24,000 nt of DNA, taken from positions 77,544-101,543 of the forward strand of contig BEHE01000002.1 of assembly GCA_002898395.1 (NCBI GenBank), in the 5' to 3' direction. Below the pieces are notes generated by a model. It was not told the DNA's origin. It did no database searches and saw nothing but the letters and a program-made list of their open reading frames with translations. The position numbers and the translations under genes were made by a program. Numbering within the stretch: the stretch's first letter is position 1; every line of letters starts with the position of its first letter. Below, one piece after another: positions 8,224-16,138 of the stretch. Origin of the DNA: Candidatus Calditenuaceae archaeon HR02 (lineage in GTDB: Archaea > Thermoproteota > Nitrososphaeria_A > Caldarchaeales > Calditenuaceae).

Positions 8224-9996
8224 TCACGCAGGCACCTCGGCCTTTAACGCCCCAATCTCCGACCTTATCTCTGTCTCCAGCTCGTCGAACTTCTCAAGCT
8301 CGTCGTTTCTCACCATGTATTTTGCCCTCAGAATCTTTGTAATGACCTTGAGCGCGCGTATGTCCTCAATCTTCACTCCCCTGCTTATGGCTGCGAGTGC
8401 TTGCTCATAGAAGTTGACAAACATCTTTAGCATCTTAAACTGTTTCTGCGGGTTACAGTAGGAGTCTACTTCGTCGTATGCGCTCTGTTGTAGGAATCCC
8501 TCCCTGATCATCCTCGCAACATCAAGGATGAGGTTTTCTTCATCCGCGAGTGCTTCGGGGCCCAGTAGCCTCACTAGCTCGAGCAACTCCTCCTCCCTCC
8601 TCAGAATACTATATAACTTGGCCCTCGCATCATACCAGTCTCCGCCTATCTTGCTCCACCACTCCGCGACGGTGTCAACGTATGCGGAGTAGCTCATTAT
8701 CCAGTTTATAGCCGGGTAGTGTCTTGTATATGCGAGGTTGGGATCTAGCGCCCAGAAGACCCTCACAAACCGGAGCGTATGTGTAGTGACAGGCTCTGTG
8801 AAGTCTCCGCCAGGCGGCGAGACAGCCCCGACTATGGTGAGGCTTCCAACCCTACTTGGCTCACCGAGGACCTCAACCCGTCCTGCCCGCTCATAAAACT
8901 CCGCAAGCCGGCTTGCCAGATAGCTGGGATACCCCTCCTCGGCGGGCATCTCCTCTAACCGCCCGCTAATCTCCCTCAGAGCCTCGGCCCACCTACTCGT
9001 CGAGTCGGCCACTAGCAAGACATCATACCCCATGTCCCTATAATACTCGGCCAGGGCAGCACCGGTGTAGATGCTGGCCTCCCTAGCCGAGACGGGCATA
9101 TTGCTGGTGTTAGCTATTAGAACAGTCCTCTCCATAAGAGGCCTGCCGGTATGAGGGTCTGTCAAATGTGGAAACTCCTTTAGAACCTCAGCCTCCTCAT
9201 TTCCCCGCTCACCACACCCGATGTGAAGTATAACTTTCGCATCGCTCCACTTAGCTAGCTGGTGCAGCGTGACTGTCTTCCCAGTACCGAAGGCTCCTGG
9301 TATACATCCAGTCCCACCCTTGGCCATTGGGAAGAGAATATCTAGGACCCGCTGACCAGTTATTAGGGGGACGACTGGGTCGAGCCTCCTCTTTATTGGC
9401 CGTGGGGTTCTCACGGGCCACCTATGCATCATCGATACAACCACTTTTCCGTCCTTACCCTCCACTTCAGCTACGGTCTCCTGAACCGTATACTCACCCT
9501 CCGGCGCAACATACCTTACCGTTCCCGGCTTACCGTCCGGCGGAATCATTATGAATGTCTTGATAAGGGGCGTTTCCTCAACCTCGCCTATCACGGTCCC
9601 AGGCTCCGCCTGTGCGCCCACCTTGATCAAGGGTTTAAACCGCCACTTCTTATCTAACGGGATGCTCGGAACGGATACACCCCTCTTCACAAAGGCACCG
9701 ACTTGTTGAGCTATTCTATCGAGTGGCCTCTGAACACCGTCGTAGATACTACCTATTACTCCGGGTCCGAGTGTGACGGAGAGGGGGCCGCCCGTGCCTA
9801 TGACGGGCTCCTCAGGCGCTAATCCAGAGGTATTCTCATATACCTGCACATAGGCGTTGTCTCCGCTAAGTCTGATGACCTCGCCCACCAGCTTCTCCTC
9901 ACCCACATAGACCATTTCATACATCTTAGCGCCTGTCATGCCTCCCGCCTTAACCGTTGGACCGGATATCCAGAGGATCTTCCCCTTAACAGGCAT
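8224..9996 (-). CDS. atpA: A/V-type ATP synthase catalytic subunit A
   Basis: 590 aa. Walker A GAFGTGKT, followed by [30 protein letters not shown]-like and [15 protein letters not shown]. The protein is contiguous, with no intein-sized insertion. Confidence 0.95.
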   Translation of the reverse strand: MPVKGKILWISGPTVKAGGMTGAKMYEMVYVGEEKLVGEVIRLSGDNAYVQVYENTSGLAPEEPVIGTGGPLSVTLGPGVIGSIYDGVQRPLDRIAQQVGAFVKRGVSVPSIPLDKKWRFKPLIKVGAQAEPGTVIGEVEETPLIKTFIMIPPDGKPGTVRYVAPEGEYTVQETVAEVEGKDGKVVVSMMHRWPVRTPRPIKRRLDPVVPLITGQRVLDILFPMAKGGTGCIPGAFGTGKTVTLHQLAKWSDAKVILHIGCGERGNEEAEVLKEFPHLTDPHTGRPLMERTVLIANTSNMPVSAREASIYTGAALAEYYRDMGYDVLLVADSTSRWAEALREISGRLEEMPAEEGYPSYLASRLAEFYERAGRVEVLGEPSRVGSLTIVGAVSPPGGDFTEPVTTHTLRFVRVFWALDPNLAYTRHYPAINWIMSYSAYVDTVAEWWSKIGGDWYDARAKLYSILRREEELLELVRLLGPEALADEENLILDVARMIREGFLQQSAYDEVDSYCNPQKQFKMLKMFVNFYEQALAAISRGVKIEDIRALKVITKILRAKYMVRNDELEKFDELETEIRSEIGALKAEVPA

Positions 9997-10043
9997 AACT
10001 AATGGTCACAGCATCCATCCAGCTAAAAAACTTTGACTATCTA

Positions 10044-10652
10044 TCATGATGAGAGAAGCCGCTTGATTATTTCACCACGTATTTCCTCGCGCATCCTCTC
10101 AAGCCTAGCCTCGACAGTATTATCATATATCATAGACCCGTCCCCTCTAATCACCCTAACCCCACCTACACTATCCAGCGAGTTCTCCGATAACCTAATT
10201 TTTACACCCAGCTCCTTTCCCAGCTCTCTTGCAAGCTCCCTAACCTGCTGCTGATCCTCTCTCGCACACTCAACCACGACTTCATCACTCCCCACAACCT
10301 CTAGGGCCTCCCTCAGAAGGGCCCTGAGGGCCTGACGATACTCGCCGCTCCTCTTTAGAGATGGTATTCGGTCCATGGCCTCCTTGACGATTGTATTGAC
10401 GCATTGCTCAACCGACTCCAAGTATTCGCGCCTGGCCTCAAGCATAGCCTGGCTGACAAGTCTCATTCTCAAGGCATTAGACTCCCTCTGAATAGACTGT
10501 GAAGCAATGGCCGCCTGTTTGCTAAGCTCATCAGCACCATCCCTAAGCCGCCTCAAACCCTCTTCCTCAATCTCCCTGATCTTCGCCCTGAACTCCGCCA
10601 AGGAATCCTCAACAACACTCCTCAAAACATCCTCAAGCTTCATCGGAGGCAT
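10044..10652 (-). CDS. atpE: A/V-type ATP synthase subunit E
   Basis: 202 aa. A long charged coiled-coil N-terminus is followed by a globular C-terminus (IRLSENSLDSVGGVRVIRGDGSMIYDNTVEARLERM), typical of subunit E. It lies between atpF and atpA. Confidence 0.8.
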   Translation of the reverse strand: MPPMKLEDVLRSVVEDSLAEFRAKIREIEEEGLRRLRDGADELSKQAAIASQSIQRESNALRMRLVSQAMLEARREYLESVEQCVNTIVKEAMDRIPSLKRSGEYRQALRALLREALEVVGSDEVVVECAREDQQQVRELARELGKELGVKIRLSENSLDSVGGVRVIRGDGSMIYDNTVEARLERMREEIRGEIIKRLLSS

Positions 10653-10679
10653 AACCCATCAACCGCTCAGCCCGGCACG

Positions 10680-10976
10680 TTAAATACCTAATATCCTTCT
10701 AAGCATCGCCCTGTAGTCTACTTCAGAGGGCTTTTCACCCGGCCTCGGGAGAAGGTAGACGACGGGTTTAGGTAGGGTGGAGCTGAGTTGACTGACCTTG
10801 CTGGCAAACTCGGGGCCATATTCATCGCTCACAAGTATCAGGCCGACATCGGGGTCCCTAGAAAGCTCTTGAATGATCCTCAGAGCCTCTCGCCCCTCCT
10901 CCACAACCACACCCCCCATACCCGCAATCCGGAATGCTGCGACGAATAGCTTGCCGCCCACAGCCACTGCCCTCAT
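10680..10976 (-). CDS. atpF: A/V-type ATP synthase subunit F
   Basis: MRAVAVGGKLFVAAFRIAGMGGVVVEEGREALRIIQEL...GLILVSDEY is the typical subunit F pattern. The ATG at 10976 lies about 30 nt downstream of a TATA element, so the GTG at 11000 is too close to the TATA to be the start. Confidence 0.8.
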   Translation of the reverse strand: MRAVAVGGKLFVAAFRIAGMGGVVVEEGREALRIIQELSRDPDVGLILVSDEYGPEFASKVSQLSSTLPKPVVYLLPRPGEKPSEVDYRAMLRRILGI

Positions 10977-11001
10977 CCAAAAACCCACACACTCGTCCAC
11001 A

Positions 11002-11012
11002 CTTTATATTTT
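11002..11012 (-). promoter_or_regulatory. Putative TATA box of the atpF-E-A unit (AAAATATAAAG on the minus strand)
   Basis: A/T-rich octamer-like element centred about 31 nt upstream of the ATG at 10976. This is consistent with a leaderless transcript. Confidence 0.4.
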
Positions 11013-11227
11013 CCTGGAGCCAGACATGAGTACGGGGGCCGGTGGAACGGCGGCAGAGCACCCTGATAAGCCTCCTTAGTCGATGCTATAAGCCTCAAGC
11101 CGGGTTTCTATCGATAAGCCTGATAGCTTCAAGGATTACCGCCTTTCCCAGCATTGTTAATCGGCATGTCTAAAGAGCGGTTTAGTGCCTTCTAATCCCG
11201 TACGATGCCGAGATGAGCGTTTAAGGT

Positions 11228-11237
11228 TAAAATATTC
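11228..11237 (+). promoter_or_regulatory. Putative TATA box of tRNA-Ala
   Basis: TTAAAATATT is centred about 27 nt upstream of tRNA position 1 (11260). Confidence 0.45.
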
Positions 11238-11259
11238 ATGATGGAGAAGGCATAATGAT

Positions 11260-11361
11260 GGGCCGGTAGTTCAGTGGCAGAAAATATTGGGGGAAGTCTC
11301 CAATATCTGCAGCGCCCGGTTTGCACCCGGGAGGCCGCGGGTTCGAATCCCGCCCGGTCCA
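11260..11361 (+). tRNA. tRNA-Ala (anticodon UGC) with a non-canonical intron in the D-arm; CCA not encoded
   Basis: Hand fold. The acceptor stem GGGCCGG/CCGGTCC includes the G3:U70 alanine identity pair. The anticodon stem CCCGG/CCGGG carries the loop TT-TGC-AC (anticodon at 11322-11324). T-arm is GCGGG-TTCGAAT-CCCGC and the discriminator is A (11361). D-stem GTTC pairs with GAA...C only after about 30 nt are removed. Confidence 0.85.
11283..11312 (+). other. Non-canonical tRNA intron (about 30 nt, between positions about 24/25; boundaries +/-1-2 nt)
   Basis: The sequence aatattgggggaagtctccaatatctgcag interrupts the 3' half of the D-stem. It contains a 7-bp hairpin ATATTGG/CCAATAT, flanked by a GCAG/CTGC helix with a 3-nt AAA bulge (relaxed bulge-helix-bulge-like). 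Confidence 0.65.
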
Positions 11362-11503
11362 TAGGTAAAATTGGTTTGATTAGGAGTGGAGATGAAGTGG
11401 GGGGAGACCTTACCTCGAACGCCACCAAGAGCGAGACCATGGGATATATGACTAGAGCTAGACTCCTTAAAAACACGGTAATAGCTGCACATACTTCGCT
11501 AAA

Positions 11504-12227
11504 GGCGCTGTCAACCAGGTATTACACCTTCTCTGGTAGATTGCAGGAGTGAGTTGTGTATCAGAGCTATTGCGCTCACCAACTCTTCTAGGCTCTTCAT
11601 CGTTTTAGCGTTCACGTTGTTGTAGAACCTCTTTGTCCTGTCCTTAAGTTCCCTGAACCATCTCTCTATCCTGTTCCTTTTACCGAAGGTCTCATGTACG
11701 TATTCAAGTCCAAGCCTCTTCAATGCCCATGGATACCAAGGACCTCTATCAACTACTATCAAAGGCCTGTTCTCGCATGACTTAAGTACCATCTTGAGGA
11801 AGATCAAGGAGTTCAGAAGGGATCTGCTTCTGGAAACTAGGACTGCGATTATCTCCCCTGAATCCACGTCAATTGCAGACCAAATGAAGCATCTCTGTCC
11901 TTTCAAGCTGATCACGGTCTCGTCCACAGCCACAATCCTCCTGGACTTCCTCGAAGGATTGAACAGCATTGACGTCCTGTGAACCCATTCCCTAACGCTC
12001 TCCCTAGAAGCGCTGATCAAGTTGTACCTCTCAGAGATGTCCCTCAAGCTGAGACCTGCTAGATAGGGGATTACAGCATACGCCTTCTCCAACGGAGAGT
12101 AGTTATGGAACCTGAACAGGGAAGAGATCTTATCCAGCAAGTAATCTAATACGTGCACGGAAAGGGAAGAAGCAAGAAGCAACATAGGCATTTCTGGGAA
12201 AAGCTTAAGTAAAAGTTGACAGTGCGC
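11504..12227 (-). mobile_element. IS6-family-like insertion sequence (about 0.72 kb)
   Basis: A single DDE transposase ORF is bounded by imperfect inverted repeats, GGCGCTGTCAAC (11504-11515) and GTTGACAGTGCG (12215-12226), matching 10/12. No clear target-site duplication was seen. Confidence 0.55.
11511..12191 (-). CDS. IS6/IS240-type DDE transposase
   Basis: HTH (LSLRDISERYNLISASRESVREWV). DDE region: VAVDETVISLKG ... IVVDRGPWYPWA ... KRNRIERWFRELKDRTKRF. I prefer the ATG at 12191 (227 aa), because the track start at 12257 lies outside the right inverted repeat. Confidence 0.8.
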   Translation of the reverse strand: MPMLLLASSLSVHVLDYLLDKISSLFRFHNYSPLEKAYAVIPYLAGLSLRDISERYNLISASRESVREWVHRTSMLFNPSRKSRRIVAVDETVISLKGQRCFIWSAIDVDSGEIIAVLVSRSRSLLNSLIFLKMVLKSCENRPLIVVDRGPWYPWALKRLGLEYVHETFGKRNRIERWFRELKDRTKRFYNNVNAKTMKSLEELVSAIALIHNSLLQSTREGVIPG

Positions 12228-12312
12228 TGAATAACTCTGAAAAGAAAAAAAATACAATAACTAAACACATAACAACATTTACGAAGACTCTCTTATTAAT
12301 TATTAGTAGGGA

Positions 12313-13400
12313 ATGCCTTGTGGCTTATTTCATAGGCTTTTCTAGGTTCTTGAGTCTTCTCTCCGGCTTTGTATTGGTGCTTCTGGGTTTTGGAGGCGGT
12401 TCTTTATGAAGATTAAGGCCTATGGCCTACCGTTACTTCCCTCTTCTCAATGACTTCCTGCTGGAAGAGAGTTGATGATAGGCTCATCAGGAGGGGCATA
12501 CTTATCCTGGACCTGAAGTTTGTTAGGAGTTATGCAGATGAGCTCAGGGATATGAACGACGGTAGGAGGGGTAGGCCATACAGGATAACGAATAGCTTCA
12601 TCATATTCCTAGCGGTCTTTAGGTATGTATTCTCTGTTAGGTTTAGGCAGCTTGAGGGCTTCACTATAGCACTGAGAAAAATGTTCCCAATACTTCCCAG
12701 CATAGACTATTCATGGATTAGGGGGAGGATAATGAGGCTGGGTATCGATCTAAGCCCCCTAGGCTCCAACGGAGTCTGGAGAGCCTGTAGTCGTAGTCCT
12801 GGACTCTACTGGTGTTAAGGCTTGTAGGGCTGGATCATGGCTTGAGAGGGGGTATGGTAAGAGGAGGAGGTATGTCAAGATACATGTAACTGTAAACGCT
12901 AAGACCGGAGAGATAATAGATATTGAAATGTCTAGGGATGATGTTCATGACTCAGAGATGGTGGATAAGATGATTGAGAGATCCATGAAGGCTGTGGAGA
13001 TACATGGAGTAATAGCTGATGGAGCATACGACTCCATAAAGCTATACAGACATCTAGAAGCTATGGGTATATAGCCTATAATAAGGCCTAGGAAGAACGC
13101 TAGGACAGATAGGGGCCTCCCCCTAGGAGATCAGCAGCCAGAATGATAAGAGACTATGGATTCGACATATGGCGTAGGGTGGTAGGCTATGGCAGGAGAT
13201 GGATGGCAGAGACAGCAATATCAATCTTCAAGTCGATCTTCGGGGAAGAAATCCTCTCCAAGAAGCCCAGATGGATGAAGGTAGAGATGGTACAGAAGGC
13301 ATACATATACACCCTCCTACTGAACACCGCATAAACCTAGGATTTAGAAAGACCAGCAAGAGAAGAGGATATCAAGCTAAAGGAATTAAGCCACAAGGCA
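12313..13400 (+). mobile_element. Decayed IS4/IS5-type insertion sequence (1088 bp)
   Basis: Terminal inverted repeats TGCCTTGTGGCTTATTTC (12313-12330) and GAATTAAGCCACAAGGCA (13383-13400) match 17/18. The internal transposase reading frame is broken in three places. Confidence 0.8.
12450..13334 (+). pseudogene. IS4/IS5-type DDE transposase pseudogene (two frameshifts and one in-frame TAG)
   Basis: Frame A runs 12450 to about 12760 (W..RLIRRGILILDL). Frame B runs 12763-13143 (VVVLDSTGVK...GVIADGAYDS) with an internal TAG at 13072-13074. Frame C runs 13143-13334 and carries the Y-2-R-3-E-6-K signature (YGRRWMAETAISIFK). Confidence 0.8.
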
Positions 13401-13410
13401 GGACTATCAG

Positions 13411-13440
13411 AATGCTTAAATGTCAGCTGTTTTAAAAATG
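13411..13440 (+). promoter_or_regulatory. Putative promoter region of the Mo-hydroxylase operon (TATA-like CTTAAAT / TTTAAAAA)
   Basis: Two A/T-rich boxes lie 20-40 nt upstream of the ATG at 13457, and GAGGGG at 13442-13447 is a possible Shine-Dalgarno site. The region starts only about 10 nt from the right end of the IS. Confidence 0.35.
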
Positions 13441-13456
13441 CGAGGGGCTTGACAGT

Positions 13457-14305
13457 ATGAGTCTAATTACGAGTGGCTATTTTGCGCCTGTCAGTGTGCG
13501 GGAGGTCTTGTCGCTTAAGCGGAGACTCCGAGATAAAGCACTGATTGTAGCTGGTGGAACAGCAGCGGTACAGTTAATCAGCAAAATGATCGTTGAACCT
13601 CAAGCTATAATCTCTCTAGAGAAAGTCCCGCTCGACTATGTGAAAATGAGGGCTAACAGTGTCGAGATAGGTGCGACAACCCCACTAGCTAGGTTGATTC
13701 ATAGAAAAGACCTTCCAGACGCGTTGAAAAAGGCTGTAGAAAGTATTCACGGCCTAGCACTCAAAGACATGGCTACAGTTGGCGGCAACATATTTACACC
13801 AGCTCCAGCAGGCGATATTGCAACAGCCCTCCTGTCCCTAGATGCAGTACTTATTCTGAGAGGAGCTAGGGGTACGAGAAGCGTGCAACTGTCTAAGTTC
13901 TACAGAGGTCCCTTACAATTCAACATAAAGCCAGATGAGATACTGACAGCGGTCAGGGTTAACAGGCCGCCGAGAATGTCTGCATTCTTAAAGCAGACTC
14001 CTTGGAAGTATAGCGGGCCAACAATTGCGTCTGTCGCCGTAGGCTTAGATTTGGACAAAAATGGTAAGACGCGTAGAGCAATGGTGGCACTGGGGGGCCT
14101 GACCACCCACCCATACCGCGCTAAAAAAGTTGAAAAAATGATTACAGGTAAAAAGTTGTCCGAACAGCTTATCGAAGGAGCGGCTCAGCATTTAACAGAT
14201 GGTGTAGAGGTCATCGATGATGCTCTCGCATCTTCCTGGTACAGGATGCGGGTTGCTGAGGTCCTTTTCAAAAGGATTTTATACAACATCACCGCTGGAG
14301 GGTGA
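13457..14305 (+). CDS. Molybdenum hydroxylase (xanthine dehydrogenase/CoxM/CutB family) FAD-binding subunit
   Basis: 282 aa. YFAPVSVREVLSL..., LIVAGGTAAV, ATVGGNIFTPAPAGDIATALLSLDA and a C-terminal CO-dehydrogenase-flavoprotein-like tail. Confidence 0.85.
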   Translation: MSLITSGYFAPVSVREVLSLKRRLRDKALIVAGGTAAVQLISKMIVEPQAIISLEKVPLDYVKMRANSVEIGATTPLARLIHRKDLPDALKKAVESIHGLALKDMATVGGNIFTPAPAGDIATALLSLDAVLILRGARGTRSVQLSKFYRGPLQFNIKPDEILTAVRVNRPPRMSAFLKQTPWKYSGPTIASVAVGLDLDKNGKTRRAMVALGGLTTHPYRAKKVEKMITGKKLSEQLIEGAAQHLTDGVEVIDDALASSWYRMRVAEVLFKRILYNITAGG

Positions 14306-14311
14306 TTGAGA

Positions 14312-14767
14312 ATGAGGATAAGATTTAGACTTGATGGTCAATCCGTCGAAGTAGACGTAAAGCATACAGAAACTCTTTTGAGGGTGTTGAAGGACAGGTT
14401 AGGCGTAGGTTCTGTTCATTTTGGATGCGGAGAGGGGTCGTGCGGTGCTTGTATTGTCTTGATAGACGGCAGGCCCAGGTATTCATGCCTAACACTTGCG
14501 GGTTATGTTGACGGAAAGGAGGTCTCAACAGTTGCTGCTCTTGCGCGAGATGGCGAATTGACCGAGATACAGAAAGCATTTGTCGAGAATAACGCGGCCC
14601 AGTGTGGATATTGTACACCCGGAATGATCCTGATCGTCAGGGCACTTCTTGAAAAGAACCCATCCCCTTCTGACGAGGAATTGTTTGATGCATTGGCAGG
14701 CAATCTTTGCAGATGTACCGGCTATGTTCCAATCATAAATGCCATTAGGTCCGTAATTAAGAGGTGA
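14312..14767 (+). CDS. Molybdenum hydroxylase [2Fe-2S] small subunit (CoxS/CutC family)
   Basis: FGCGEGSCGACIVLIDG...SC (plant-type cluster) plus QCGYCTPGMI...CRCTGY (second cluster). The ATG at 14312 is 6 nt after GGAGGGTGA. The track's TTG at 14306 is an alternative start. Confidence 0.9.
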   Translation: MRIRFRLDGQSVEVDVKHTETLLRVLKDRLGVGSVHFGCGEGSCGACIVLIDGRPRYSCLTLAGYVDGKEVSTVAALARDGELTEIQKAFVENNAAQCGYCTPGMILIVRALLEKNPSPSDEELFDALAGNLCRCTGYVPIINAIRSVIKR

Positions 14768-14773
14768 AGGGGC

Positions 14774-16132
14774 TTGTCGGAGCAGTTTTCTATAGTTGGT
14801 AAACCCATCATGAATGCCCAGTTGTTGGGCCACGTGACTGGCTCAACCCAGTATGTCGACGAGATATCATTCCCCGGAATGCTGTGGATGAAAGCTGTCC
14901 GCAGCCCTGTGCCGCGAGGAAAGATTAGGAGGATTGACACCTCGAAGGCTGAAAAACTGCCTGGCGTGGTGCGGATCATAACCGCGAAAGACGTGCCTAA
15001 CAACATACATGTCAACATGGCTGCGATCGGGATTGGGCCGCCCGACGAGCCCGTCCTACCCGAGGATGAGGTCAACTATAAGGGAGAGGCGATATGCCTC
15101 GTAGTTGCTAAAGACGAGGAGACGGCCGCTAAGGCCGCTGAGATGGTTGAAGTTGAGATAGAGGAGCTCCCCCCTGTCCTCGACATGGAGGAGGCCTTGA
15201 AGCCGAGTGCGCCGGTCATCAAGAAATGGGGCATGAACGCCTTTATCTTTGGTTCAGGAATGGATGGAGCTACGAGGCCCGGTAGACCTGGCAGGCCCTT
15301 ATTCCTAGTGAAGAGAGGTGAGGTGGAGATAGCCTTGAAACAGGCGGACTATGTGGTTGAGGGCAGCTACCTAATCCCTCCCATAGAGCATGCCCCGATT
15401 GAGCCGCATGTATGCGTGGCCAAGCCCGAGCCTGGGCAGAGACTCACAATTTACACTACAACGCAGGCGCCTTATTTTGTGAGGGACAACGTCGCTACAA
15501 TCCTCAACATTCCGCCCTCTAACATTAGGGTTGTCGCCCCGGCCGTCGGCGGGGGGTTCGGAGGAAAGGTGGACCCAGAATTTGAGATGCAGGTCGCCGT
15601 CGCCGCCATGTGTGTTGGGAGACCAGTTAAATGGAGATGGACTAGGGAGGAGGAGTTCACAATATCTACTACGCGACCAGCTGTAAAGATAGAGTTCCAA
15701 GATGCTCTCTCTAAAGATGGCTTAATACTTGGAAGAAAGGCGAGACTACTCCACGACTCAGGCGCATATACAAGGACATCGCCTTACGGAGTAATAAAAG
15801 CGACCGTCAACCTCTCAGGTCCCTACTACATACCCAATGTACATTACGAGGGTTATTGCGTATATACCAATAGGCAGCCCTCAAGTGCTATGAGAGGGTA
15901 CGGAGTCTTCGAGTTTTCTTATGCTGTTGAGTTACAGATGGAGAGGGATGCTAAGAAGCTTGGTATTGATTCGTGGGAGTTCAGGTTTAAGAACGCCTAC
16001 AGGAACGGACAAGTCTCCGCTACGGGAAAGCTGATAGACGATGCATATCTCATCGAGGTTATGAAGGAGGCGGTCGCGCTTGCTGGGGTTAGTCTGCCTA
16101 ATCATTTGCTTCAGATGAGCTCGTGGGGGTGA
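14774..16132 (+). CDS. Molybdenum hydroxylase Mo-cofactor-binding subunit, N-terminal part (L-like, 452 aa)
   Basis: FSIVGKPIMNAQLLGHVTGSTQYVDEISFPGMLWMKAVRSP (Ald_Xan_dh hammerhead), VGGGFGGK and SSAMRGYG. The RGYG motif indicates the XDH/aldehyde-oxidoreductase type rather than the CODH VAYRCSFR loop. TTG start is 6 nt after GAGGTGA. Confidence 0.85.
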   Translation: MSEQFSIVGKPIMNAQLLGHVTGSTQYVDEISFPGMLWMKAVRSPVPRGKIRRIDTSKAEKLPGVVRIITAKDVPNNIHVNMAAIGIGPPDEPVLPEDEVNYKGEAICLVVAKDEETAAKAAEMVEVEIEELPPVLDMEEALKPSAPVIKKWGMNAFIFGSGMDGATRPGRPGRPLFLVKRGEVEIALKQADYVVEGSYLIPPIEHAPIEPHVCVAKPEPGQRLTIYTTTQAPYFVRDNVATILNIPPSNIRVVAPAVGGGFGGKVDPEFEMQVAVAAMCVGRPVKWRWTREEEFTISTTRPAVKIEFQDALSKDGLILGRKARLLHDSGAYTRTSPYGVIKATVNLSGPYYIPNVHYEGYCVYTNRQPSSAMRGYGVFEFSYAVELQMERDAKKLGIDSWEFRFKNAYRNGQVSATGKLIDDAYLIEVMKEAVALAGVSLPNHLLQMSSWG

Positions 16133-16138
16133 GAGGGT

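Noticed and set aside
8224-9996. A possible intein in atpA, since these occur in some archaeal A subunits.
   Set aside because: The 590-aa product is contiguous and of canonical length. The sequence runs directly from the P-loop region through GERGNE, with no insertion.
11065-11130. The repeated GATAAGCCT units as a miniature CRISPR or tandem-repeat array.
   Set aside because: The units are only 9 nt long and irregularly spaced (22 and 26 nt), with no longer shared repeat and no cas genes in the window. I kept it as a low-interest regulatory or ncRNA candidate.
11238-11259. Two ATGATGG motifs just upstream of the tRNA as possible C boxes of a C/D box sRNA.
   Set aside because: Each is one base off the RUGAUGA consensus. 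No D box (CUGA) or C'/D' pair lies at a suitable distance, and the second motif runs into tRNA position 1.
11192-11552. Three ORFs of 73-94 aa overlapping the tRNA-Ala region (11192-11476 minus, 11271-11492 minus, 11274-11552 plus).
   Set aside because: They run across a well-folded tRNA gene and an IS end. No motifs or start context support them.
13448-13455. TTGACAGT just before the FAD-subunit ATG matches the core of the IS6-like inverted repeat (12216-12223), which could suggest a solo IR or an IS footprint.
   Set aside because: The match is only 8 nt with no extension on either side. An 8-mer recurrence is expected by chance in 24 kb read on both strands.
16130-16132. The in-frame TGA in the Mo-hydroxylase large subunit as a selenocysteine codon.
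   Set aside because: The TGA falls at an inter-domain linker, not at a catalytic Cys or Sec position, and it is embedded in a GGTGA Shine-Dalgarno site with a restart 6 nt later, like the other junctions. Where selenium is used in this enzyme family it is a labile Mo ligand, not Sec, and Sec decoding is not known in crenarchaea. I could not identify an archaeal-type 3'-UTR SECIS by eye.
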